Below are positions 1 to 8,085 of a stretch of DNA of 64,000 nucleotides, piece by piece. Origin of the DNA: an uncultured Acidobacteriota bacterium (GTDB lineage Bacteria; Acidobacteriota; Thermoanaerobaculia; Multivoradales; UBA5704). The DNA lies in assembly GCA_963700145.1 (NCBI GenBank), contig OY969474.1:5248001-5312000 (forward strand), given 5' to 3'. The stretch's first letter is position 1; each line of letters begins with the position of its first letter. The notes under the pieces were generated by a model. The model saw nothing but the letters and a program-made list of their open reading frames with translations. It had not been told where the DNA came from and did not search any database. Position numbers and translations under genes: made by a program.

Positions 1-875
1 GCGCCGAGCTGGCCTACTACTTCCTCTTCTCGGTCTTCCCGCTCCTCGTCTTCCTGACCACTCTCCTCGGCTACATGGCCGGCGAGAGCGCGGCGCTGCG
101 GATGGAGCTCTTCGGCTACCTGCGGCGGATCGCGCCCTCGGGCGAGGTCTTCGGGCTCCTCATCAACACGCTCAACGAGATCACCCGCGGCAGGACCGGG
201 CTGGCGCTCTACCTCAGCCTCTTCGTGGCCCTCTGGGTCGCCTCGACCGGCATGATCGCCATCGGCCGCACGCTCAACCGCGCCTGCGGCCTGCGCGAGA
301 CCCGCCCCTGGTGGAACCGGCGGCTGACGGCGCTGATCCTGACGGTCATTTTCTCGGCGCTCATCATCTCGGCCCTGGCGCTGATCCTCTACGGGCACGC
401 CCTCGTCCGCCTCATCGCCGGCCAGCTGGCGATCGACCCCTTCCTCGAGGCTTTCTGGAGCTTCATCCAGTGGCCGGTGGTGCTGATCTTCATCCTGGTG
501 TCGTTCGAGATGGTCTACAACTACGCCCCGAACCTGGGCAAGAGCCCGCACCGCGTCTGGGGGACCCCGGGGGCGATCCTCGGAACGACGATGTTCCTCG
601 CCGCCACCTGGGGCCTCAAGAGCTACCTGGCGCAGTTCGGCGCCATCAACAAGGCCTACGGCTCGCTCGGGGCGGTGATCGTGCTGCTGCTCTGGTTCTA
701 CTTCACCGCCCTGGCGATTCTCATGGGCGGCGAAGTCAACTCCGAGCTCGCCCGCGCCCGCGGCGAGCTGCGCGAGCGCCAGGGCCTCCCGGCGATCGAG
801 CCCAGTCCCCCCCGCCGCCCCCGGCGGCTGCCGCGCCTCACCCGGTCCGGCCGGCGGCGCGAGGCGTCGGGCTAG
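1..875 (+). CDS. YihY/virulence factor BrkB family inner-membrane protein (5' end outside window)
   Basis: Frame open from base 3 (AELAYYFLFSVFPLL...); motifs LNRA..ETRPWW and YGSLGAVIVLLLWFY..ILMGGEVN; multiple TM helices. Confidence 0.9.
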   Translation, partial: AELAYYFLFSVFPLLVFLTTLLGYMAGESAALRMELFGYLRRIAPSGEVFGLLINTLNEITRGRTGLALYLSLFVALWVASTGMIAIGRTLNRACGLRETRPWWNRRLTALILTVIFSALIISALALILYGHALVRLIAGQLAIDPFLEAFWSFIQWPVVLIFILVSFEMVYNYAPNLGKSPHRVWGTPGAILGTTMFLAATWGLKSYLAQFGAINKAYGSLGAVIVLLLWFYFTALAILMGGEVNSELARARGELRERQGLPAIEPSPPRRPRRLPRLTRSGRRREASG

Positions 876-927
876 TCAGGCGCCGGCGGTTCCGCCGGCC
901 CCCTCCGCGAAGGCCGCCGGAAGGCCG

Positions 928-1191
928 GGAAGGTCATCCGGAGACCCGGGAAAGCTATCCCGGGTCTCGGGAAAGTTATCCGGACCGCCGGGAAAGCTAT
1001 CCGAGCCATCGGGAAAGCTATCCGGACTGTCAGGAAAGCTATCCGGAACATCGGGAAAGCTATCCGGGCTGTCAGGAAGGCTATCCTGGAGGTCGGGAAA
1101 GCTATCCGGACCGTCAGGAAAGTTATCCGGGACGTCGGGAAAGCTATCCGGACCGTCGGGAAGACGATCCGGAGGGTCGGGACGACTTCCG
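928..1191. repeat. 21-bp tandem repeat array, ~13 units, near-palindromic core GGAAAGCTATCC plus 9-bp variable part
   Basis: Cores at 949, 970, 991, 1012, 1033, 1054, 1075, 1096, 1117, 1138; degenerate cores at 928, 1159, 1180. Confidence 0.95.
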
Positions 1192-1267
1192 AACCGCCCG
1201 GTAGCCTTCCCAGCCTCGTCAGGAGTCCACAGGATACGTGCTACACTGATCCTGTGGAGCATCGGCA

Positions 1268-1498
1268 ATGCGCAACCTGACCCTGGCGATCGAGGACGAG
1301 GTGCTGGAGGGCGCCCGCCGGCTGGCGCTCGAACGTGGAACGACCGTCAATCAGCTCGTCCGCGACCATCTGGCTCATCTGGTGGCCCGCGAAGACCGCC
1401 GCCGCGCCGCCGCCGAGCGTCTGAAGCGCGCCATGCAGGAGGAGCTCACCGAGGTCGGCCCCCGCACCTGGACCCGCGAGGACCTCCATGCGCGGTGA
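1268..1498 (+). CDS. vapB: Ribbon-helix-helix (CopG/DUF6364-like) antitoxin, VapB-type
   Basis: MRNLTLAIEDEVLEGARRLA..GTTVNQLVRDHL..WTREDLH; overlaps the downstream PIN gene. Confidence 0.8.
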   Translation: MRNLTLAIEDEVLEGARRLALERGTTVNQLVRDHLAHLVAREDRRRAAAERLKRAMQEELTEVGPRTWTREDLHAR

Positions 1499-1934
1499 GG
1501 CGCCGGCCTTCGTCGACACCAACATCCTCGTCTACGCCTTCGACAGCAGCGACCCGGCCCGCCACGGGCCCGCGGCGGACCTCCTCTCTCGCCTCATGGA
1601 CGAGGACCGCCTGCGCCTCAGCGTGCAAGTGCTCCAGGAGCTCTACGTCACGATGACGCGCAAGGCCCGCCCCGCGTGGACCCCGGACCGCGCGCTCGCG
1701 GCCCTCGACGACCTCGCCGCCTGGCCGGTCGTCGCCAACGATTTCGCTCTCGTCCGCGAAGCGATCCTCCTCTCACGCGACGCCGCCTTGTCCTTTTGGG
1801 ACGCCCTGATCGTAGCCGCCGCCGCCCGCAGCGGCGCGGCCACCCTCTACACCGAAGACCTCAACGACGGCCAAGTCCTCCGCGGCGTGCGCGTCGTGAA
1901 CCCCTTCACCGCTCAAGCCGTCTCGGGCGCCTAA
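1488..1934 (+). CDS. vapC: PIN-domain toxin, VapC-type
   Basis: FVDTNILVYA, QVLQEL, SFWDALIVAAA, LYTEDL..GQ..VVNPF. Confidence 0.92.
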   Translation: MRGEAPAFVDTNILVYAFDSSDPARHGPAADLLSRLMDEDRLRLSVQVLQELYVTMTRKARPAWTPDRALAALDDLAAWPVVANDFALVREAILLSRDAALSFWDALIVAAAARSGAATLYTEDLNDGQVLRGVRVVNPFTAQAVSGA

Positions 1935-1935
1935 G

Positions 1936-2058
1936 AACTCTTGGTCTTCGACCCCCGACAAACCCGCGCCCGCGAGATCGCTCGGCGATGGTCTGACGGT
2001 GCACCTCGTGTACGGCCGAACGCTTAACCGTCTCCCTCCTCTTGGTTCCCCCGCCTCT
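1936..2058 (+). pseudogene. Decayed 5' fragment of a DUF2442 gene
   Basis: Nucleotide similarity to 6406-6535 (ggtgcacctcgtg.acgg.cg.acgct, tggttccc.cgcct) with indels. Confidence 0.7.
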
Positions 2059-2112
2059 GCCTTCGAATAGAGTACTCTGCAATCAGCCGGCTACGCCCAC
2101 TGGAGGTCACGC

Positions 2113-3027
2113 ATGAAGCATGACAGGCAGCTACGCCTCATTCTGGTGTTTACACTTCTCCTGGGTGTATCGCTGCGCAGCGATGCCGGAGATGAGCTCT
2201 ACCGATATCGTGTCATTGGGAAAGTCAGCACTTCGGATTTAGCCAACATGGCTACCACCACCGCTATTCCTAGCGTGGTCCACAGTATCGAAGTGCTGCT
2301 CGACACCCAGGTAAAGCAACATCCATCGATTGCCAACACCGCCGAGGTCATCGACCTGACGCATTTATTGACTGGCCTTGATGACATGGCCGCTGACATC
2401 AATAGAGATCTGCCGCCGTCTGACGACGACATGAAAGATCTTGAAACTGTTGGTAGGGGTACGTGGGCGGCTGTGGACAGGATCGCGGTGACCGAGAGTC
2501 AGCCGCGCCCGAGCGCGACGCCGCGGCACGTTTCCGAGACCGACTGGGACACAGCCCGCCGCGCTGGAACACGCATTGCGATCGGGACGGTAATCGGCCG
2601 CGGCATGCCGAACCCCCTTGGAGTCTTTGGTGCACTCACTTTCTCGTCGACCCCAACGTCGAAGAAAGCCGATTACCCGGCGGCGCCTTCCACTCCGGGC
2701 GCGTCCTCTGGGGCTCACGAAAGACCTGATCATGAGGTTTTTCGTGGAGATGCTGACAAAGGTCGAATCGAGAGAATGGGAACGCTAGCCTTTATCTACG
2801 TGTCAGAGCCTTCCTCGGACGTGCAAATCGCTGCCCAAATAGCTAAGGCTAAGGCTGTTATCGCCAGGCGGAGTGGGATCCCCCGATCAGGTGCTCTCGT
2901 CGCCAGCATCGCTGACGGTGCTACCGAACCGGAGTTCCTGAGCGGCGCCGCATTCGGTGTGATAGCTGCATTGGTTGCCTTCATGGCAACGAGGGCGTTG
3001 GTGCGCAGAAGAACCTGGCCGGTTTAG
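2113..3027 (+). CDS. Hypothetical protein with signal peptide and C-terminal TM anchor (cassette-like, lower GC)
   Basis: GGAGG RBS upstream; hydrophobic N- and C-termini; GC visibly lower than core genes. Confidence 0.6.
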   Translation: MKHDRQLRLILVFTLLLGVSLRSDAGDELYRYRVIGKVSTSDLANMATTTAIPSVVHSIEVLLDTQVKQHPSIANTAEVIDLTHLLTGLDDMAADINRDLPPSDDDMKDLETVGRGTWAAVDRIAVTESQPRPSATPRHVSETDWDTARRAGTRIAIGTVIGRGMPNPLGVFGALTFSSTPTSKKADYPAAPSTPGASSGAHERPDHEVFRGDADKGRIERMGTLAFIYVSEPSSDVQIAAQIAKAKAVIARRSGIPRSGALVASIADGATEPEFLSGAAFGVIAALVAFMATRALVRRRTWPV

Positions 3028-3059
3028 TGCCACGGCAATTTGGCAAGCCTCGTGCCGGG

Positions 3060-3309
3060 AATGCCTGGCCTGGGTGATGCGGGCGGCGTTGTGCAGAGCC
3101 ATCGCCAAGTCGAGGCTGTAGATGCCGCTGGCCTCCAGGGGCAAGCGCGCGTGCCGGACCTGCTTGGTCAGAGGCCGGACGAGCTGACGGTGCCTGGCGG
3201 CGTCATTCGAGAACTCGAGCCGCTCGCGCTCGCCGCCGGGCGGCTCGACCACGACGGTGAGGGAGCGGGCGCTGACGTCGATGCCGGCGAGCTGGAGGAG
3301 TGGTTTCAC
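3060..3309 (-). pseudogene. IS110 recombinase N-terminal RuvC-like (DEDD) fragment
   Basis: AGIDVSARSL..FSND..LEASGIYS; homology stops after ~80 aa; no C-terminal domain. Confidence 0.85.
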
Positions 3310-3319
3310 CGCGGCCTCC

Positions 3320-3573
3320 TTTTGGCTAACCTGGCTTTCCGGTCCCCCGACCCTGCGCCTTCGCCAACCCAGCTTGTGGATGCAGCTTCCGGGGCCTCAG
3401 AGACTCCACGGCTTGGACGAAGAGGGCGGGGGCCGATCTAACGCACAGGCTCGGTGGCCTCAGGCGTGCCAACGGCCTTCCCCGGAAGGCTGCCGTGATC
3501 CTAAGCTCCGTTCAGAGCGGCTGCGGCGCGCCCAGCGCTGCGGCCAGGTAACTGCAAGGCGGAATATACAAGG
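3320..3573 (-). ncRNA. Putative IS110 bridge RNA
   Basis: Two internal-loop hairpins on the minus strand, each with a guide ending CT and a guide ending AG: GGCCGT-TGGCACGCCT-GAGGC..GCCTG-TGCGTTAG-ATCGGCC and CCGT-GGAGTCTCT-GAGGC..GCTGCA-TCCACAAG-CTGG. Exact RNA ends unknown. Confidence 0.65.
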
Positions 3574-3578
3574 CGACC

Positions 3579-4727
3579 ATGGAAACGCCCTCTCTCCCTG
3601 CGGGTTTTCCGGAAAAGCTTGTCCCGTTGTTCCGCGAGCGCTTCGAGTTCCATCTGACCAACCCACTCGTAAGCCCGCATCAGTACCGACTGTTCAAGGA
3701 TTGCGAGCGGGCTCAGCGCGCTTTGTCGGCCGTCCGTGTCTATCTCGACACAAATCACTGGATACGGCTTCGCCAGGCGCATCGCGGCCTCGAATGCAAC
3801 GAGAACTATGTACGGCTTCTTGAACTCCTTCGGCGGCTGACCAAAGCGCGTACAGTTGTCGTCCCGGTCTCCGATCAGCTCATCACGGAACTCTGCCACC
3901 AAGCTGATCTTGCGACGCGCACAATCACCGCATCGCTCATTGACGAGTTGAGTGATGGCGTCACGATCGTGGGCTTCGATCGCCGCGCCGTACTCGAGGT
4001 GCTTGAATGGGCCCATGCCAGCCTCCACAAAGGAAATCCCCTCCCACTTCTGACGGTTTGGACGACCCTTCCGAACGCCCTTCAATCGCGCGAGTACCAC
4101 CTTGATGGCGCTGACCCGGCACTCTCAGCGGCGTTTACCAAGACCATCGAGGACATCAACACTGCCTTCCGTCTTAGCGACCTCGTCAAGAGTCTCGACA
4201 CTCTCACCTTTCGCGCGACCGACAGTCAAGCATTCGCACTCGCGCTCACCGCTAACAAGGAGAACGAACAGCAGGGCGGGCGACGGTTTGAAGACCTCTT
4301 CCACGAGGAGGCAGATCGCTACCTGACCATGATCGTGCCGAAGATGCCCCCGGAAGTGACTCTAGGGCTCGAGCGGCTTGTTGCCCACTGTAACGCAGCT
4401 GCCGCCGATCTTTCCGACAGCATTAGGATTGTGTTCTGGGCACAGCACCGCGGCGGCTTTCATCCCCGGTCACTCCCTGGCCTTCGCATCATTGCCGGCT
4501 GCGCCAGCAGGATCACGACAGAGCCGAGGCGCAAGTTCAAGCAAGGTGATCAGGGCGACATCTTTCACGCTTACGCGGCTCTTCCTTACTGCAATGTCTT
4601 TCTCACTGATGCCTCAACGCGGCACCTTGTAACCACGCCGCCAACCGATCTGGCCTCGCGATACAATTGCACGGTACTCGACGACCCCACTGAAGCGGCC
4701 GATCACCTTCAGCGGCTGGTCGCCTAG
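3579..4727 (+). CDS. Large PIN-like domain protein (hypothetical nuclease)
   Basis: VYLDTNHWIRL near N-terminus; QGDQGDIFHAYAALPYCNVFLTD near C-terminus. Confidence 0.65.
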   Translation: METPSLPAGFPEKLVPLFRERFEFHLTNPLVSPHQYRLFKDCERAQRALSAVRVYLDTNHWIRLRQAHRGLECNENYVRLLELLRRLTKARTVVVPVSDQLITELCHQADLATRTITASLIDELSDGVTIVGFDRRAVLEVLEWAHASLHKGNPLPLLTVWTTLPNALQSREYHLDGADPALSAAFTKTIEDINTAFRLSDLVKSLDTLTFRATDSQAFALALTANKENEQQGGRRFEDLFHEEADRYLTMIVPKMPPEVTLGLERLVAHCNAAAADLSDSIRIVFWAQHRGGFHPRSLPGLRIIAGCASRITTEPRRKFKQGDQGDIFHAYAALPYCNVFLTDASTRHLVTTPPTDLASRYNCTVLDDPTEAADHLQRLVA

Positions 4728-4744
4728 CTCATACGCCGTTATGC
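4721..4744 (+). other. Truncated attC-like site (right half)
   Basis: GCCTAGCT-CATACGCC-GTTATGC immediately after the stop of 3579..4727 and just before the next ORF. Confidence 0.45.
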
Positions 4745-4747
4745 GAT

Positions 4748-5167
4748 TTGAGGAGTCGGACTATGAGAATCTGCTGCGGCATTGGAGAGGAGCAGGAGAG
4801 GGAAGTGGAGCGCATTGCGCGGCTCATGCTCGATGATTGGGTGCTTTTCTCACTTGACAACACCGACTATGGCTCCCGACAGGAGCACCTGGACCTCAAG
4901 CTCGGCGAATATGGAGCTTCACCCCTCGACGAGGAGGCACTCCCGCAGGTTCGCACTTGTTTGCTCTGGCACCTCGCGCATGTAGACGCGCACCTTGCCG
5001 ATTCGGATAAGGCTAGGCTGAGAGAGCTACGGGACGGGTCCGCCGCAACGACACCGTCTCGCCGGGTCGCGACGACTACTTCAGAAGACTTGAGAGGGAA
5101 GTGGAGAGGAGCTTCTCCGAGAAGCGACTCAGCAGCTTCCGCCGTCGGCGTCTTGCGAGCGAGCTAA
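4748..5167 (+). CDS. Hypothetical protein, possibly frameshifted at its 5' end (ATG at 4741 is in another frame)
   Basis: Open frame between two attC-like sites; no recognisable motif. Confidence 0.4.
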   Translation: MRSRTMRICCGIGEEQEREVERIARLMLDDWVLFSLDNTDYGSRQEHLDLKLGEYGASPLDEEALPQVRTCLLWHLAHVDAHLADSDKARLRELRDGSAATTPSRRVATTTSEDLRGKWRGASPRSDSAASAVGVLRAS

Positions 5168-5200
5168 ATGCTCTTTTACTCGGCTTCCGCCGGTGAGGGC

Positions 5201-5260
5201 GCATAACACACACCTCCACCGGGCGGCTGGCGCCGCCGGTGAGGCGACGATGCGTTATGC
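5201..5260 (+). other. Integron attC recombination site
   Basis: R'' GCATAAC, 5-bp spacer, L'' CCTCCACC (one extra base), hairpin GGCGGC..GCCGCC, L' GGTGAGG, R' GTTATGC; L'-R' spacer is 9 bp, longer than canonical. Confidence 0.75.
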
Positions 5261-5325
5261 GGCGCTCGGACCGACTTTAGAAGGTGGCAGTAAGGGTTTG
5301 TCGAGCAACGAGGTATTCTCAGTCC

Positions 5326-5541
5326 ATGAGCCCTGAACTGCTCGAACAGGCTCTTCGGCTGAGTGCTGACGATCGGTTGGAGCTCATTGAGGCGCTGTGG
5401 GGCACGCTCTCGGAGGAAGGGATACCGGTCACGGCCGAAGAGCGCGCCCTCCTCGATGCCCGGCTTGCTGATCTGGAGGCCAATCCAGACGATCAGAGCC
5501 CCTGGCCAGAGGTCCGCGCGCGCCTCGAGCACCGTCGTTGA
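5326..5541 (+). CDS. Addiction-module antitoxin component (Unstab_antitox/TIGR02574-like)
   Basis: ALRLSADDRLELIEALWGTL..EERALLDARLAD..PWPEVRARL. Confidence 0.85.
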   Translation: MSPELLEQALRLSADDRLELIEALWGTLSEEGIPVTAEERALLDARLADLEANPDDQSPWPEVRARLEHRR

Positions 5542-5572
5542 GCCTTTCCGTCTTGGTCCGTCCAGCCGCGCC
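5538..5572 (+). pseudogene. N-terminal stub of a RelE/ParE-type toxin
   Basis: TTGA overlap with the antitoxin stop; MSLSVLVRPAA resembles ParE starts, then homology ends. Confidence 0.45.
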
Positions 5573-5612
5573 ACGGACCTGCTTTTCTGCGGCTTGCCTG
5601 AGGGAGGTCAGC

Positions 5613-6065
5613 ATGCGATCCGCTTCCCTAGTGGTTATCGCCAGCTTGCTGGCGCCGGTGAGCGCAGCGGCACAAACCACCTCGGTGTCGGCGGGTGACA
5701 CGGTCCGGATCTGGGCCTCACATCCAGAGCTTCGCGGTGCGCGGTCGGCTGTTCACGCCGTCACAGAGGATTCCTTGGACCTTGTGTTGCCCGCTGGCGG
5801 CGCCGCGGTCACTTCAGTGGCATGGGTTGACATCCGCCGACTGGAGGTGCAACGAGGACGGCATTCACGCTGGCGTAAGGCACTCCGGTGGGGCCTTGCG
5901 GTCGGGCTGGGAAGTGCGGTGGCGGCAGGGGGTCTCACGAATAACCCCAGTGATCGCGAATTGACGGTCCCCCTCGCGGGCTGGGCAGGCTTCGGGGTCG
6001 GTGCAACACTTGGCAGCCTTCGTGATCCTACGCGATGGGTTACGGTCCCGCTCCCTCGACCTTGA
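5613..6065 (+). CDS. Hypothetical secreted/membrane protein
   Basis: GGAGG RBS; signal peptide MRSASLVVIASLLAPVSAAAQ; glycine-rich hydrophobic C-terminus. Confidence 0.65.
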   Translation: MRSASLVVIASLLAPVSAAAQTTSVSAGDTVRIWASHPELRGARSAVHAVTEDSLDLVLPAGGAAVTSVAWVDIRRLEVQRGRHSRWRKALRWGLAVGLGSAVAAGGLTNNPSDRELTVPLAGWAGFGVGATLGSLRDPTRWVTVPLPRP

Positions 6066-6084
6066 GCTTGGCACCGGCGTCCTA

Positions 6085-6157
6085 CTACTTCCCCTCCTCC
6101 AACTCCATCTTCAGGCGAAGGACTTGGGGAGGTCCTTGAGGCGCCGGCGGGGACGGT
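6085..6157 (-). repeat. Decayed copy 1 of the 3' end of the site-2 protease gene
   Basis: ctacttcccctcctccaactccatcttca..gaggtc matches 16084-16135; gccggcggggacggt matches ~16234-16248. Confidence 0.85.
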
Positions 6158-6188
6158 CCTCAAGAGCTAACATAGGGCCTGCGGAAGC

Positions 6189-6425
6189 ATGCCTACCGTC
6201 CTGAGAGTCGGTCCCTACCGCCTCTTCTTCGTCTCACAGGACCGTGGGGAGCCTCCGCATGTGCACGTGCGGCGGGAGAACAAGGTGGCGAAGCTCTGGT
6301 TGGATCCGCTCGCCCTGCAGAGCGCGGGCGGCTACAGCCGCTCGGAGCTCAACACGATCGCCGCGATGGTGCAGGAACACCGCGAGGAGCTACTGGAGAG
6401 CTGGTATGAATTCTTTGGTCGTTGA
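6189..6425 (+). CDS. DUF4160 domain protein (putative toxin)
   Basis: MPTVLRVGPYRLFF..EPPHVHV..AKLWLDP..W.EFFG. Confidence 0.9.
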   Translation: MPTVLRVGPYRLFFVSQDRGEPPHVHVRRENKVAKLWLDPLALQSAGGYSRSELNTIAAMVQEHREELLESWYEFFGR

Positions 6426-6723
6426 GGCCCAAGAGCCCCGCGCGAGGGACATCGCCGTCGGCGACGACAGCTTGATGGTGCACCTCGTGGACGGGCGGAC
6501 GCTGATCGTCCCTCTTCTCTGGTTCCCGCGCCTGTGGCACGGCACCGACGCCGAGCGCAAGAACTTCGAGACCTTCGGTGACGGAGCGTTCATCCACTGG
6601 CCGGACTTGGATGAGGACCTGAGCGTCGCCGACCTCGTGGCAGGCGTGCGCAGCGGCGAGACCCCCGAGTCGCTACGGAAGTGGCTCGATCGGCGGGCGG
6701 CTCAGAGCGGGCGAAGCGAGTAG
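6406..6723 (+). CDS. DUF2442 domain protein (putative antitoxin)
   Basis: VHLVDGRTLIVPLLWFPRL..IHWPDLDEDLSV; overlaps DUF4160. Confidence 0.9.
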   Translation: MNSLVVEAQEPRARDIAVGDDSLMVHLVDGRTLIVPLLWFPRLWHGTDAERKNFETFGDGAFIHWPDLDEDLSVADLVAGVRSGETPESLRKWLDRRAAQSGRSE

Positions 6724-6734
6724 TCCAGCGCCCT

Positions 6735-6783
6735 ACGGCCAAGTCTTGCGCGGCGTGCGCATCACGAACCCCTTCACTGCTCA
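6735..6783 (+). repeat. Fragment of a vapC 3' end
   Basis: acggccaagtc..cgcggcgtgcgc..gaaccccttcac.gctca matches 1867-1915. Confidence 0.85.
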
Positions 6784-6809
6784 GCGGCCCGCACCCGGAG
6801 GGCGCCCTG

Positions 6810-8084
6810 ATGTTGCCACTTGACGCGCGAGTCTTGGCCGGAGTGACGTTGCTGGCCGTCGTCGCGATCATCGGTAGCTGCGCCAGGGGCGAGGCCCCGA
6901 CCCCTGCCACGACGCTCGTCGTGGCCGATCGGGTCGATCATCTCGACGTCCTCGCCCGCGAGCCCATGGTGGTCGAGCATCCCGACGGCACGCTGTTCGT
7001 GAGCGGCTACGGGGAATCGGTGCCGACGCTCTGGAAGAGCCGCGACCGTGGCGCCACTTGGACGCGCGTCGACGTCGGCACCGAGGCGAACGGGGCCATC
7101 GGCAACTCCGACGTGGAGCTGGCGGTGGCTCGCGACGGGACCGTCTATTTCGCCACGATGGTTTTCGACCGCGAGAAAGGTGAGGGCAGGAGGATCAGCA
7201 TCGGCGTCAGCAAGGACGTGGGCGCGACGTGGTCGTGGACGCCGCTCTCCGCAACGCGGTTCGACGATCGGCCGTGGGTCGAAGTGTCGGCGGGCGGAAC
7301 GGTCCACGTCATCTGGAACGACGGCGGCGGCGTCTGCCACGCCGTCAGCGAGGACGGCGGCAACACCTGGAAGGAGCGGCCCAGGATTCATCCACAGGGT
7401 GGATCGAGCCACCTCGCCGTGGGCCCGAACCGCGAGCTGGCGGTGCGTGTGACGCCGTTGTCGGCGTCGGGCAACAGGTTCGACGAGGGCGTCGATCTCG
7501 TTGCTGTCAGCGTCGACGGCGGCGCGACATGGCAGAAGCACGTGGCACCAGGGCGGCGCGAGTGGAGCCCGCTGTTCGACACGACGGTTACGCCGCCGCG
7601 TTTCATCGAACCGCTGCTGCCGCGATGGGTGGAGCCGCTGGCGTGGGACGGCCAAGGCGCCCTCTATTCCTTCTGGACGAACCGCGAGGGGCTCTGGCTG
7701 GCGCGCTCGGCCGATCGCGGTTCGACGTGGAAGACTTGGCGCCTCGCCGCGAGCCGCGACGTCCTCTACTTCCCTTATCTCGTGGCGCGCGACCGAGGAG
7801 ATCTGGCCGCGACGTGGTTTTCGGGTCAGAGCGAGGCGCTCCAGGCGCATGTCGCCAGGTTGGAGGTCGGTGACCCGGACGCGCCGCCGCGGATGATCGA
7901 GTCGGCGCCGTTCCGGATCGACACTTGGATCGCCCCTCCGGAAGAGCCGCCCGTTCGAGACACTGGCGGCGAATACCTCGCGATGGCGTTTCTCCGCGAT
8001 GGCGGATTGGCGGTGGTCAGCCCCATCCAGAACAAGGGCGCCCAGCGCTTCGGGTTTTCGTGGCGGAGGATCGAGGCGCGTTGA
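6810..8084 (+). CDS. BNR/Asp-box repeat sialidase-like beta-propeller lipoprotein
   Basis: Repeated S.D.G.TW motifs (SRDRGATW, SKDVGATW, SEDGGNTW, SVDGGATW, SADRGSTW); lipobox-like IIGSC. Confidence 0.85.
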   Translation: MLPLDARVLAGVTLLAVVAIIGSCARGEAPTPATTLVVADRVDHLDVLAREPMVVEHPDGTLFVSGYGESVPTLWKSRDRGATWTRVDVGTEANGAIGNSDVELAVARDGTVYFATMVFDREKGEGRRISIGVSKDVGATWSWTPLSATRFDDRPWVEVSAGGTVHVIWNDGGGVCHAVSEDGGNTWKERPRIHPQGGSSHLAVGPNRELAVRVTPLSASGNRFDEGVDLVAVSVDGGATWQKHVAPGRREWSPLFDTTVTPPRFIEPLLPRWVEPLAWDGQGALYSFWTNREGLWLARSADRGSTWKTWRLAASRDVLYFPYLVARDRGDLAATWFSGQSEALQAHVARLEVGDPDAPPRMIESAPFRIDTWIAPPEEPPVRDTGGEYLAMAFLRDGGLAVVSPIQNKGAQRFGFSWRRIEAR

Positions 8085-8085
8085 C

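Larger units (their letters stand above)
3060..3573 (-). mobile_element. Truncated IS110-family element (left end plus N-terminal recombinase fragment)
   Basis: Minus strand starts CCTTGTATA at 3573; long non-coding leader, then AGGAGG RBS and DEDD fragment. Confidence 0.85.

Noticed and set aside
928-1191. CRISPR or TIGR guide array
   Set aside because: The repeat is only 12 bp, the 9-mers are related to one another rather than unique, and no cas or Tas-like gene is recognisable in the window
876-1268. 130-aa PDxPDSF repeat ORF on minus (and RESYP repeat ORF 311..1204 on plus)
   Set aside because: Several frames are open simply because of the 21-bp repeat, and there is no clear RBS; not listed as a CDS
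2887-3309. Functional IS110 transposase
   Set aside because: Only the N-terminal ~80 aa are homologous; the rest is read-through into the antisense of the neighbouring gene
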